A DNA stretch of 64,000 bases from contig CAXXLZ010000002.1 of NCBI GenBank assembly GCA_963675595.2, forward strand, positions 1,664,001-1,728,000, given 5' to 3'. How positions within the stretch are numbered: position 1 is the stretch's first letter; each line of letters begins with the position of its first letter. Source of the stretch: Thermodesulfobacteriota bacterium. GTDB lineage: Bacteria > Desulfobacterota > Desulfarculia > JACQYL01. The notes beneath the pieces are model-generated. The model did no database searches, was not told where the DNA came from, and saw only the letters and a program-made list of their open reading frames with translations. Below, in pieces: positions 1 to 10,001 of this stretch. The translations under genes and the position numbers were made by a program.

Positions 1-66
1 GAAGGATGCCGAGTCTGTGAGCATTGCGATTTGATGGTTCCGAGATGAGATCGCTTGCGATGTCTC

Positions 67-492
67 CTACTGGACACCAAGCACCCTGCCAACGTCCTCC
101 TGCTTTATAGGACCTTGTACATCCGTTAGATATGGGTTGTCCGGTTTGCCAAGGACAAAGCAAGGTACGTAATCGGGCAAACCGTTAAGAGCCGCAAAAA
201 GGGGAATATAGTCGTCAGACACAACGAACCATACTCCGCGGGGATAGACTAAAAGTTTTTGAAATATTTTTTGCTTGCCTTTCTCGAAGCTGTCCTTGAT
301 TGCAGCTTTTCCGGTCGGATGTAAGTCAGGACGATAGTCCATGTCGAAGGGCACAATCAGGGCGGTTGGAACAGCGGCAAAATAGATAGGCAGATTGCCC
401 TGCATGGCTTGTTCCATTAAACTTAGCAAAATTTCGTCCCTCTTCGGTGTTAATTCGGGCAACGTCTTGATTTCATGCTTTCTCACATACAT
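67..492 (-). CDS. Hypothetical protein, 141 aa; weak ParB/sulfiredoxin-like pattern
   Basis: ORF with purine-rich RBS (GGGAGAAG) downstream of the rebuilt UDG gene; LLVY...FVVSDD..PLFAAL..L...VPCFV loosely resembles the ParB/Srx core. Confidence 0.6.
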   Translation of the reverse strand: MYVRKHEIKTLPELTPKRDEILLSLMEQAMQGNLPIYFAAVPTALIVPFDMDYRPDLHPTGKAAIKDSFEKGKQKIFQKLLVYPRGVWFVVSDDYIPLFAALNGLPDYVPCFVLGKPDNPYLTDVQGPIKQEDVGRVLGVQ

Positions 493-920
493 TAATCTTC
501 TCCCTAAGCCGCCAAATTGAAAGGTTACCGATAAGCCATATAGAGCCTATCTCAAATCTTGCTCTTGAAGCCAATTGATTATGCTGATAATAGTATGTTC
601 CCCGACCGAGCAATGAACCCAAATTGCATAACGGGCTTCCCCAGTCGTTCTTAAGTCTTGTTCGGATAGGCCAAAATCCTTACAAAACGTTTCGATATGT
701 AAAAGGCCTTTTTTTTCCAATTTTCTAAGTTTATTGAATTGAAACCATTCTGGATTTGCAATGGGGTGAATATTGACTACTTCGTTATCCAGTTTCCATC
801 CTTTCTTGGTCTTTTGGACTCCCTTACTAGCAGCTCCCAGTTTAATGAGATGTTCCGTTACTTTTCTAACGACTATGTCGCGGAATGTGTCAATGAAAAT
901 GAGACACCTGTTTTCAGAAA

Positions 921-1916
921 TTAGACTCCCACGTCATCGCTCGACGGTTTGTTGATCCACGCGGCCTTGGGCAATTTTGGCGGCTGTGGCACCTTTCCTT
1001 TGAAACGGTTGGGGTTGCTCCGGAAGGCAGCCCGAAGAACTTGGCTGCGACACGCTACAATGTCCTGTGCGAGTCCGTAATGGAGCTGTTCGGGTGTGAC
1101 CAACCCGATGCCTGAATGCCGATGCTCGGGGTTGTACCAGGAGAAGAACTCCCGGCAGAAAGACCGGGCATCCTGGATTGATCCAAACCGTTTCGGAAAT
1201 TTCGGGCAATACTTGAGGGTTTTAAACTGCGCCTCCGAGTAGGGGTTATCATTGCTGACATAGGGTCGGCTGTGGGTCTTGGTCACTCCAATGTCTCCCA
1301 TGAACTCGGCTACGGACTTCGCTTTCATCGCCGGGCCTCGATCCGCATGGATGATGAGTTGGCCGGGCTTGATATCCTGCTTGAAGCACGTCTCTTCGAT
1401 GAGTTGCCTGGCCAAAGCGGCGTTTTCCCGATGGGCCACCATCCAGCCGACCACGTAGCGGCTGAAGATGTCCATGATCACGTAAAGATGGAAATAGGTC
1501 CACTTCACAGGCCCTTTTAGCTTCGTAATATCCCAGGACCACACTTTGTTGGGTCCGGTCGCAAGCAACTCGGGCTTTTTATAGACAGGCCGCCGCGCCT
1601 GCTTTCTTCGCTCTTTGACATCACCGGATTCCGCTTTGAGAATCCGGTACATGGTCCGGATAGAGCAGTAGTACTGTCCTTCATCGAGCAAGACGGCAAA
1701 GACCTGACGGGGAGCATCATCCTGAAAACGGGAGCTGTTAAGCAGATCGACCACGGTTTCCCGCTCCCGGGGGTTCAGAGCCAAGGGAGGCGCCGGCCGC
1801 GGTGTGCGGGCCGCCGCCGGCTTCAGGCGGCGATAGAAACTCGCACGGGGCAGGCCCATGGCTCCACATGCCTGCACGGTTCCTACCTCGGTGCGCAACT
1901 CCATCGCCGCGCTCAT
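921..1916 (-). CDS. IS3-family transposase OrfB (DDE)
   Basis: VWSWDIT...DIFSRYVVGW...HADRG...DNPYSEAQFKTLK integrase core. Confidence 0.95.
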   Translation of the reverse strand: MSAAMELRTEVGTVQACGAMGLPRASFYRRLKPAAARTPRPAPPLALNPRERETVVDLLNSSRFQDDAPRQVFAVLLDEGQYYCSIRTMYRILKAESGDVKERRKQARRPVYKKPELLATGPNKVWSWDITKLKGPVKWTYFHLYVIMDIFSRYVVGWMVAHRENAALARQLIEETCFKQDIKPGQLIIHADRGPAMKAKSVAEFMGDIGVTKTHSRPYVSNDNPYSEAQFKTLKYCPKFPKRFGSIQDARSFCREFFSWYNPEHRHSGIGLVTPEQLHYGLAQDIVACRSQVLRAAFRSNPNRFKGKVPQPPKLPKAAWINKPSSDDVGV

Positions 1917-2404
1917 GAACTGCTCCCGACGTCGTCCAGGTCCGGCTGAGCGATCCCCAGTATCTCCGAGATTTTTTTTTGAACTTCGATGATGGTTCGC
2001 GCCTGTTTCAGTTGATTCTCGAGACGGCGATTCTCCCTTTCAAGCCGGGCCACCCGCTCTGCCATAGGGTTCTTCTGCTTGGGCTTCCGGCCTCGCTTCT
2101 TTGGCCCAAGCGCACTCAACTGCCCCTGGTCACGTTGTCTACGCCATGTCGCCAGACTCGAAGAATACAGGCCTTCTCGCCGAAGTAGAGCCCCGAGCCG
2201 GCCCGGTTCAGTACACGCATCGGCTTCCTCCAGGATTCTCAGCTTGTACCGGGCTGTAAATCTGCGACGAGGCCTCTTCTCTGGAACCTCCGGGTCGGGG
2301 ACCGTGACGTGCTTCCCGATCGTGGTAACTCCGGTCGTCCTACGGACTCCCTCCGTTACCACGATTCCCTCATCCGGATTCTCTTTCTCTCTGTGCCTCA
2401 TCAT
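1913..2404 (-). CDS. IS3-family transposase OrfA
   Basis: RRRFTARYKLRIL HTH, leucine-zipper tail; A9 run at 1972-1980 links to the orfB frame by a -1 shift. Confidence 0.9.
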   Translation of the reverse strand: MMRHREKENPDEGIVVTEGVRRTTGVTTIGKHVTVPDPEVPEKRPRRRFTARYKLRILEEADACTEPGRLGALLRREGLYSSSLATWRRQRDQGQLSALGPKKRGRKPKQKNPMAERVARLERENRRLENQLKQARTIIEVQKKISEILGIAQPDLDDVGSSS

Positions 2405-3258
2405 GCTCCATCTCCTACCCGCCCTACACTAATTTATCAACGGGTAGGTGTCTCACTCTCATTGGCACAGAGGGTCGTATGAATCCATTTTGCTGTCCAT
2501 AGCCGGAACAGGCATATTTTTATTTTTTATAGAAGGCTCTCCGGTAGGTTTTGAAATGTCATAGCCGGTTACAGTGGATACTTTGTTTTTTGTACCAGGA
2601 TTGCCACCGATAATAGATTGAAGTGACGACTGGATAGATTCGATGATTTCGCCTTGATTCACCTTAAAATAAGCTCCAGTTGGATTTGGGCTTACAACCA
2701 TAGGAATACCATTCCAATTAATGATACGGCCTGCGTCTTTGCCTACGCGAATGCTTTTACCAGTCAACTCATTGATTGTTGGTTCCCCACAGGCAATGAT
2801 TACCTTTGGTGATTTGAACTTAATTTGCTGATAAAGAAAGCCTTTACAATTGTTTGTCTCTTCACTCGTGCTTTTACGGTTTTCTTTTGCAGCACACTTT
2901 ACAAGATTTGAAAAATAGACTCTATTAAAATCAAGGTCAAGCTTCTCAAGAAAGTATCCATAATAATTTTTTTTTACTCGTTCTTCATACTCAGCATCAG
3001 TTAGTTCAAGGCTTTCCCCCGCTGCTTGCCCAGGCCGCTCACCTATCACAAATATGTATTGATCAGGTCTGCTGACAGTTCCAAACCTACGCGTAAGGAT
3101 GATGTCATCAACATAATTCTTACATTTGGAGCATCCTGCAACTTCATGTCTAATTTGATCCATGGTAAGCACATTGGGTTTGTTCATGTGAACAGACTCC
3201 TTACTGTTGAGATTCTAAAATAGGTGTCTCCAAAGGGATCGAGTTGAAATAGTAACTA

Positions 3259-4269
3259 TCAGCGCTCCCTCATTCGTTGCGGGATTGCAGTCTCACTATC
3301 GTATAGCATTCGAGCTCCGGATAGATCGGCCAAAACCAGCTCGATCAATTCCGTGGGTTCCATTACCACTGCCTGAGGCCCCAAGCTTAGGACCCACTGC
3401 TTGATCTCCTCAAGACCGGCCACCTGGAAGGTCAAGTCGAGACGCCCGTCGGGCAGTTTCTCCGCTTTCTGGCTTTCATGCCAAATCTTCTCGCCGATGT
3501 ACCGGGCCCATTCGGCGGATATCCTGATCCGGACCGTGTAAAGGTCTCCCTGCATCACTTTGAAGCTGTGCTTCATGTAATCCTCCAGACTGAAGTCCGG
3601 AGGAATTTCAAAGTGTTCCTCGGTCAAGCGCAACATTCGGATTCGGTCGAGCACGAAGGTTCGGACCTCCTCTCGTAGATGACAATGCCCGATCAGGTAC
3701 AGGGTTCCATCGAAAAACCAGACTTTGTAGGGATCGACTTTTCTTAGGGCTTCCGTTTCACTGGTCAGCGACTTGTAGGCGATCTCCAAACGCAGCGACT
3801 CCAGGGCGGCCCGATTTACCTGGCTGAGAATCTCGCGAAACCTGCCGTATTCCTTGAAGGGTTTGATTCCCACTTGGAAGGTGGATTGGATGGTGTTCAA
3901 ATAGTTGAGTGCTTGGGGCGGCAGGGTGACTCGCACCTTCTTGAAGAGCGACTCCAAGGCTTCATAGAAAGGCGTCCCTCGGAATACTCGCACCAGGTCC
4001 GAGTACAGATGAAGGGACATCAGTTCGGTCACGGTAAAGGGTTGGGGTACCTTGAATTTGTAGGTATCGACGAAAAACCATCGATTGGAACCCTCAAATT
4101 TTTCATAATATAAAGGAAATCCCGCAGCCTGCAGCGCTTCGATATCCCGGTAGGCGGTGCGCAGGGATATCTCCTCCTGCTCGGCGATCTCGGCGATGGT
4201 CAAACCGTTCTTATCCGCTTCGATCGCCCGTAGAATTCTCCATTGTCTGGCCAGCTGGTCACCGCGCAT
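3259..4269 (-). CDS. HTH-WYL-WCX transcriptional regulator (WYL-B)
   Basis: N-terminal wHTH (SLRTAYRDIEALQAAGFP), RKVDPY...LYLIGHCHLREEVRTFVLDRI, C-terminal WVLSLGPQAVVMEP. Confidence 0.92.
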   Translation of the reverse strand: MRGDQLARQWRILRAIEADKNGLTIAEIAEQEEISLRTAYRDIEALQAAGFPLYYEKFEGSNRWFFVDTYKFKVPQPFTVTELMSLHLYSDLVRVFRGTPFYEALESLFKKVRVTLPPQALNYLNTIQSTFQVGIKPFKEYGRFREILSQVNRAALESLRLEIAYKSLTSETEALRKVDPYKVWFFDGTLYLIGHCHLREEVRTFVLDRIRMLRLTEEHFEIPPDFSLEDYMKHSFKVMQGDLYTVRIRISAEWARYIGEKIWHESQKAEKLPDGRLDLTFQVAGLEEIKQWVLSLGPQAVVMEPTELIELVLADLSGARMLYDSETAIPQRMRER

Positions 4270-4360
4270 CCGGACTTACCTATGCTGAAGTGAGAGGGGA
4301 ATCCTGTTCATGAGTCCTTTTATAGGTAGCAGAACCGCGTTTTGGGATCAACTTCGCAGA

Positions 4361-5350
4361 TTACTGCGCCCGTCGAGAACGTCTGTCGGAAAACCGATCG
4401 TAATGTCCCTTCCCGGAGTTGCCTGAACTCTCCTTTTTGAAAACCGAAAGGTGCAGAACTTTTTCATTGAAGGCCAAGGCGGCGCCGGTTAGGAAATCAG
4501 ATTCAAGCCTGAAATCGTGTCCCAAGGCTAGGGAGTTTCGGACTTCGGTGTCGGCGGTGCCAACGGATTCCATGAACGCTCTCGCCTTTTCGGCAGTGGC
4601 CTTGGAAGGGGACTCCTGCTCGAACCAGTCAATGGCGTCCAGAGCGTAACTGCGGATCAGCTTTTTGAAAAAGCCGGCAAACGTGTGCTTGAATCCGAAA
4701 CACTCGGCTCCCAGGATTTTGCCGTTGACGCCGAAGACGGCTCCCACCTGCGCGTCCGTCAAGCGGAATGCTCGTTCATATTCGGAAAGACGAGGTTCCT
4801 CCTTTTGATAGATGTCCGCCATGGCTCCGGTGGCGGACTCTGTGTGCAAACGTTCTCCTTTGGCGGATATCTGCTCCCATAAGGTGTTTTGATCGGACCG
4901 AAATCCTTGATCACGTCTCAGGCTTGTACGAACAGCTTGCTGATGTGCCCGCTTAAGGCTCGGGGGCATCATTTGTCCGCCGGAACGAAATCGCTCGGAT
5001 CGATAGCCCCATCGTCCCTGCTCTACGCAACTGACCGGGATCACGAGCTCGCAAGAGCCGTCTACCAGGAACGTCGAGTTGACGATTCGGTTCTGTTTGG
5101 CTCCATGAAGTTCTTCGCCCTCTACGATCAGCACTTGTTGCTTTCCCCGATTGATCAGTTTCAATTCCGGAACACTGCCCGAGGAGCTCACCTCGGTTAC
5201 CTCGATCTGCTCTCGTTCCAGAGCCTCGTCGAGGGTCAGGTACTCCGGTTCTCCGTTGTCGGGAGCCAGCAAGGGAAAGAGGGTCATGTTGAGATATGCC
5301 TGTTTTCTTCCCACCTTGACGTACGCCAGGTATTCACGAATCGGTTCCAT
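4361..5350 (-). CDS. ARPP-1/DUF6569-family protein
   Basis: YLTLDEAL...EVSSSGSVPELKLIN...GEELHGAKQNRIVN...IPVSCVEQGRW pattern; RBS GGAGG. Confidence 0.75.
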   Translation of the reverse strand: MEPIREYLAYVKVGRKQAYLNMTLFPLLAPDNGEPEYLTLDEALEREQIEVTEVSSSGSVPELKLINRGKQQVLIVEGEELHGAKQNRIVNSTFLVDGSCELVIPVSCVEQGRWGYRSERFRSGGQMMPPSLKRAHQQAVRTSLRRDQGFRSDQNTLWEQISAKGERLHTESATGAMADIYQKEEPRLSEYERAFRLTDAQVGAVFGVNGKILGAECFGFKHTFAGFFKKLIRSYALDAIDWFEQESPSKATAEKARAFMESVGTADTEVRNSLALGHDFRLESDFLTGAALAFNEKVLHLSVFKKESSGNSGKGHYDRFSDRRSRRAQ

Positions 5351-5373
5351 GGGTCACCTCCATTTTTTTCATA

Positions 5374-5408
5374 ATGGGTAACCCACGGGGTTGTCAGATC
5401 AGGACAAA
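5374..5408 (-). promoter_or_regulatory. Palindromic operator TTGTC-N7-GACAA (5391-5407) plus putative -10 for the ARPP-1/WYL-B unit
   Basis: Minus strand reads TTTGTC CTGATCT GACAAC CCCGTGGGT TACCCA ... GGAGG ... ATG. Confidence 0.55.
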
Positions 5409-5528
5409 AAGGAGAGCGAATTTTCTTGGGGTGATGATTTCGCGACGCGCCTTTCAGGTGATCGGCTGACACGGCGACCACGTGAAGTATCCCTCAAATT
5501 ATTTTCAGCTCCGGTAGAGAAGAATTCT

Positions 5529-5564
5529 ATCATTCCGAAATCTGGAATGATGTCGTGCTAATCT
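5529..5564 (+). promoter_or_regulatory. Palindromic operator 1 plus -10 box upstream of the GGCT gene
   Basis: ATCATTCC GAAATCT GGAATGAT; TAATCT lies 9 nt after GGAATG. Confidence 0.7.
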
Positions 5565-5628
5565 TTCCGAATGATGAGAAGCTGGTGTTGAGGCATGAAT
5601 TGGCAGTTAGCTGTTGGAGGGAGGCCGG

Positions 5629-6506
5629 ATGGACAATCTATATTTTGGATATGGTTCCAATCTGAACTTCGATGATCTGAAAAGGTGGTGTGCTCGGAAA
5701 AAAACGGCCCCATCGAGGGTGTGGTAGGGAAGGCCTTCTTGCCGGATTTTGGTCCTGTATACAATTATCTCTCCCGGACCCGTGGCGGTGGTGTTCTAAA
5801 TATCCGCGAGGAGATCGGGCAAGTTGTGCCGGGTGTGCTTTTCGAGATTCGGCCCGATGGGCGGGCAACGCTCGACCGAAAAGAAGGATACCCGAGTGTT
5901 TATACCCGGATCGAAATCACTTGTCTCCTGCAAGACGGCGATACGGCGGACGCCTTCACCTATATGGTCCGAGACATTCACTCCCGGGGGGGATTTGTAA
6001 AACCGTCGCCCGATTATGTCCAAATTGTAAGAAGGGGATTGAATGCTCACGGCGTCATCGAACACCTCCACAAGACGGCGGAAAAGGGAGCGAATACGCC
6101 TTACCTGATCGACCGGATATTCTGCTATGGGACTCTGATGTCCGGTGAATCCAGAGGAGCACTCCTGGAGACCTTCGGAAAGCCTGAAAAACGCCTCAAC
6201 GGAGTGACGCCCGGGCGTCTCTACGATCTGGGCGGATTCCCGGCAATGTCCATGAGTTCATCTTCTGAAGAAATCGTTCACGGAAAGCTCGTTCAAGTGA
6301 AGCGCATCGGGGACTTGCTCGCTTTCCTCGATGGAATCGAGGGCTTCCGCGGATATGGGTGTGAATCATCTCTGTTTGAGCGTCGGATCGTGCGGGTCCG
6401 AACCGAAGCTGGTGACGAATTCGCATGGGTGTATGTCATGGTCGACCCCGGAGACGCTCCAATGATCGTCGATGGGAAGTGGCGTGGAAGGTCCATCATC
6501 CTTTGA
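5629..6506 (+). pseudogene. Tandem gamma-glutamylcyclotransferase (GGCT/AIG2-like) protein, frameshifted near an A7 run
   Basis: RBS GGAGGGAGG plus ATG at 5629 encodes MDNLYFGYGSNL (GGCT start motif) but stops after 32 aa; the rest (5685-6506, LDRKEGYP, second domain IFCYGTL...LDGIEG) is in the -1 frame; A7 at 5698-5704. Confidence 0.8.
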
Positions 6507-6558
6507 ACCCAATCGTCGGCATAAGTTCCAGCGGTGCGGGTCCAGCCAAGGATAACGC

Positions 6559-7566
6559 CTACTCAGGATCACCATATAGGACGGACATATCCCTTATCGA
6601 CGAACGGATTTCAGACCTGAGATCTTCCGGTTCCAGGAGTTCGGCCTGGGAACCGAAACCTAATACCCAGGAAAGCACTTCGAGTCGGCTCGTGGCGGTG
6701 AATTCCAGAATGACGCCGCCGTCGGGTTGGGGAACCATTTGTTGTCCCTCGCTCCAGTTACGCTCCTTGATGTAAACGGCCGCACTGGGACGAAAGGCCA
6801 CCCGGACCTGAAAAGGCTCCCCATCGATGAGTCCGAAACGAATCGACTGCTCGTCCAGGAAGTCCTTCTTCTCGTATTTGTGTTCCGTCGTTTCCGCGGA
6901 AACCAACCGGTGGAGGGCCAGAGTCATTTTGTGCGGGTCGTCGGGAACGGCGTCTTCCCATAAATACCAGGCCAGGACGTAGACGCATTCACCGGAGAGC
7001 ATCAAACGAAAAGGGGCCACGTAGTGGGTGGCCGGTTGTTCCTGGCCCGGCTTGGCATAACGGATTTTGCAGACCTGATGATCCTTCATGGCGGCGAGGA
7101 GTCGCTGGAAGATGTCCTGCTTCCCGGAGTAATCGATGGCTCCTTTGGGCCGGGCCCATGCGCATTTTTCCGGAAGCTCGTCCAATACGGCATCATCGGG
7201 AAGCAGCGCAGTCGCCTTTCTGATCGTGTCGCTGATCCCGTTTCGCAGGGAATCGGGAAGAAGATTCCAAACCAAGTCCCGGCAAAGCAGCAGATGATGA
7301 ATTTGTTCAGGGTCCAACGTCACGTTGAACGCTCCACGGGGTGGCCGAGCTCGGTAATACTTTTCCCGCCCTTGCGTCGAAGTTTCGATCTTAACGTTGC
7401 GGATCAGTTGGAGCTGTTCCACATATCGAATCACGGTCTGTTTCGAACATCTAAGGTCGCCGGCCAGCTTGCTCAATGAATACTTCCGCCTGCTGAACAG
7501 GAGGAGACAAAAAAGACCTAAGGCCTTCATGGCTGGTGTTGAATAGGGGTCCTTTTTCTCTGGCAT
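6559..7566 (-). CDS. HTH-WYL-WCX transcriptional regulator (WYL-A)
   Basis: HTH (LSKLAGDLRCSKQTVIRY), VAPFRL..CVYVLAW..TLALHRL, C-terminal WVLGFGSQAELLEPEDLR. Confidence 0.88.
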   Translation of the reverse strand: MPEKKDPYSTPAMKALGLFCLLLFSRRKYSLSKLAGDLRCSKQTVIRYVEQLQLIRNVKIETSTQGREKYYRARPPRGAFNVTLDPEQIHHLLLCRDLVWNLLPDSLRNGISDTIRKATALLPDDAVLDELPEKCAWARPKGAIDYSGKQDIFQRLLAAMKDHQVCKIRYAKPGQEQPATHYVAPFRLMLSGECVYVLAWYLWEDAVPDDPHKMTLALHRLVSAETTEHKYEKKDFLDEQSIRFGLIDGEPFQVRVAFRPSAAVYIKERNWSEGQQMVPQPDGGVILEFTATSRLEVLSWVLGFGSQAELLEPEDLRSEIRSSIRDMSVLYGDPE

Positions 7567-7718
7567 GGGGCTTTATCCTCCGAAAGTCTGAGATTCTCGT
7601 ATCTGTAGGGTGCCGGGACTATTATTCTGTGGTATCCTGCCTTATTTCAACACGCGTCATACCAAAAGAATAGAACGTTCGGTTCGTCCGCCGGGACCCC
7701 AAACGTTCCAGCTCACAC

Positions 7719-10001
7719 CTACCCACGTGCGGGATTCGACGGAAGCTCTTGGCGCCGCAGATCGGGCGCCTGCGAAGCGGGCCGGAAGCCGACCTCCGTT
7801 GATCCCTTTTGGTATCGTTTGATTCGGGATTCGCTTTCCAGCGCTTCGACCAAGATCGAATGGCTCTCCGGTTTATGGAAACGGAACCGGTCCCTGACCA
7901 CGGCGAAGTCTCCCGGAGCCAGGTCTCGAATCGTTCGTATCCGGGCGATGTCTTCATCGCTGATGAGACCAACCACCAGCGGCTCCAGCATTCGTCGATA
8001 AAACAGCAGATTACCGGACGGCTCCAAGAAATCGAAGCCGACCTTGTGGGTGAATCGGCGAACGGCGGCCTCGTCCACATCCAACAAACGGTTGGTGGTG
8101 CAGATCAGAATTCCTCGGTATGCTTCCATGCTGGAAAGCAGTTCATTGGTGAAGCTCACTTCCCAGGATCGTTGGGCCCGTGACCGGGGAAACAACAGGC
8201 TGTCCGCTTCGTCGATGAGCAGAACCGCCTCGTCGTCTTCCGCACGCCTGAAAGCCTCCCTGATTCGTCTTTCAGTCATGCCCACATAAGGGTCCAGAAT
8301 ATCGCCGGCCCTGCGGACAACCAGGTCGCGTTCCAGCACTCGGGCCAGATGGTGCGCCAGGGCTGTTTTCCCGGTTCCGGGAGGACCATGGAACAGCATT
8401 CGCAGCCCACCCATCACCTCATCGCTCTGATTCAAGCTGCAGCAGGTGAAGGCTCGGGCGTCTTCCATGAGCCGCTCGAAGTCCTGATCCGTATGGAGTC
8501 CTTCCAAAGAGTATTCGGTCTCCGACTTGCGATGGGTCTTGGAGGAAGCATCGGTCGGACCCATGGCCATATAGGCATCAAGGGCCAGGCGAACCGCTTT
8601 TCCGAAATCCTGAGGATTTTCGTCACAGGCGAGCTTGGCCTTCTTGACCGACATGTCGATGACCCCCGCACTCACTTCGAACCTTGAGGCCAATTCCATC
8701 ACATCCGCTTCCTCGATCAAGTCCGAACAATCGTTTCGGGTGAGGATCGAACGCCAAAGACCTTCCCTCTGGGTTCGGTTGAATGGACGGAATCGGATGC
8801 TGAAGGCCATGCGACGTTTGATCGTATCGGGAAGGGATTCGACGTTGTTCACGATCCAGATCATGCGAATGCCCGGACGTTCCAGGAGCTGGTTCAACCT
8901 GCCTTTTTTGTTTTCACGACCCGAGAGGAACCAGGGAACCTCCGTTCCCAGGATTTCGTCCGCTTCGTCCACTACGATGATTGACCCTTCCTTGCTTTGG
9001 TTCGTGAAATTAAGACAGGTGAGAACAGCGTTGAGCTTTGCTGAGGATTCCTTGCCTTTTTCGGCGTAAATCTCATATGCGGGGGTCGGAAGTTCGCTTG
9101 CCAGCCCCCTGGCATAGGAGGTCTTCCCCGTCCCCGAGGGGCCGTAAAGGAGAACATGCGTTGGGGAGTCGGTCCGCCGGGAAAGCAAGCCCATGACATG
9201 AGCCGTTATCTCCTGTGGAACCATATGGTTGGAGAGAGGAATGTCACTCGGAGGAAGCGGTCGGTACCCTTTGCGCCCGATCTCGTGTTGACCGCACTTC
9301 TGCAACAGAATCAAGTAGTCCTGTTCCATCTTGATCCAGTATCCGTTCGACCATATCTCAACGATTTCAAGTTGAGAAAGCCTTGAAAAGACCATGGTGT
9401 CAAGGTGCGATGTCGATACGTTTAAAGCATGGGCAAGGTACTTACGCCCACTGAACCGGAGGCATTCCAGGTGTCTCTCGAAATAGTCCTCAGCCGCCTC
9501 CCAGGCTTGGCACATGAACAGAATCCTGCAAAGTTCGGTTTCCTCGGGTGTCAGGTCGAAGAGCTTTCCGAATTCATGGAACCCGCCTTCAAGGCTGGAC
9601 CCGCTAGACGAGCACAGAAGACCGTCCTTCTCCAGGAGTTTCTCCTGAAGGAGCTTCAAAAGCTTCAATTTGGAGCGCCTGGAACCATGTGTTGAGACCT
9701 TCACCAACAGATCGAAGTCAAGCTCGTCAAAATAGGACATATCGTAGGATTCTCTCGTCAGAACTTCCAGTTCTTTCTGATTCAGGACGCGATACTTGAC
9801 CATCCATTCCTTTATCTCTTCCGGGCTCGGTTCGAGAAGCTTGAAAGCAAATTCCAGCGTCTCCCGGTCCAATCGTCCCGATCCGTTCAAGATTCGCAGC
9901 AGATAGAGAATCGCCTTCTTTCGAAGGAAGCATTCATCCGAGCCGAGGGTTTCCACTCCTTCGTGGAGAACGGTTCTTCTTTTCCTGCGGGTAGGCGCCA
10001 T
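7719..10001 (-). CDS. Double-ring AAA+ ATPase with long N-terminal domain
   Basis: Two Walker A/B sets: GPSGTGKT/IIVVDEAD and GPPGTGKT/LLIDEAD; DEAAVRRF arginine-finger region. Confidence 0.9.
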   Translation of the reverse strand: MAPTRRKRRTVLHEGVETLGSDECFLRKKAILYLLRILNGSGRLDRETLEFAFKLLEPSPEEIKEWMVKYRVLNQKELEVLTRESYDMSYFDELDFDLLVKVSTHGSRRSKLKLLKLLQEKLLEKDGLLCSSSGSSLEGGFHEFGKLFDLTPEETELCRILFMCQAWEAAEDYFERHLECLRFSGRKYLAHALNVSTSHLDTMVFSRLSQLEIVEIWSNGYWIKMEQDYLILLQKCGQHEIGRKGYRPLPPSDIPLSNHMVPQEITAHVMGLLSRRTDSPTHVLLYGPSGTGKTSYARGLASELPTPAYEIYAEKGKESSAKLNAVLTCLNFTNQSKEGSIIVVDEADEILGTEVPWFLSGRENKKGRLNQLLERPGIRMIWIVNNVESLPDTIKRRMAFSIRFRPFNRTQREGLWRSILTRNDCSDLIEEADVMELASRFEVSAGVIDMSVKKAKLACDENPQDFGKAVRLALDAYMAMGPTDASSKTHRKSETEYSLEGLHTDQDFERLMEDARAFTCCSLNQSDEVMGGLRMLFHGPPGTGKTALAHHLARVLERDLVVRRAGDILDPYVGMTERRIREAFRRAEDDEAVLLIDEADSLLFPRSRAQRSWEVSFTNELLSSMEAYRGILICTTNRLLDVDEAAVRRFTHKVGFDFLEPSGNLLFYRRMLEPLVVGLISDEDIARIRTIRDLAPGDFAVVRDRFRFHKPESHSILVEALESESRIKRYQKGSTEVGFRPASQAPDLRRQELPSNPARG

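Larger units (their letters stand above)
881..2474 (-). mobile_element. IS3-family insertion sequence, copy 1 (1594 bp)
   Basis: orfA/orfB, subterminal imperfect IR TGTG(T/C)CAATGA(A/G)A(A/G)TGAGACACCT, 3-bp duplication TCG (878-880, 2475-2477), near-identical to 22774-24367. Confidence 0.95.
547..3187 (-). pseudogene. Uracil-DNA-glycosylase-fold (family 4-like) protein with extra C-terminal domain, split by an IS3-family element
   Basis: CSKC, GERPG, NLVKC, NNCK motifs; removing 881-2474 plus one TCG joins ...MDSY to DIVVRKVTEHL...QEQDLR-stop(547-549) in frame, 347 aa. Confidence 0.8.
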
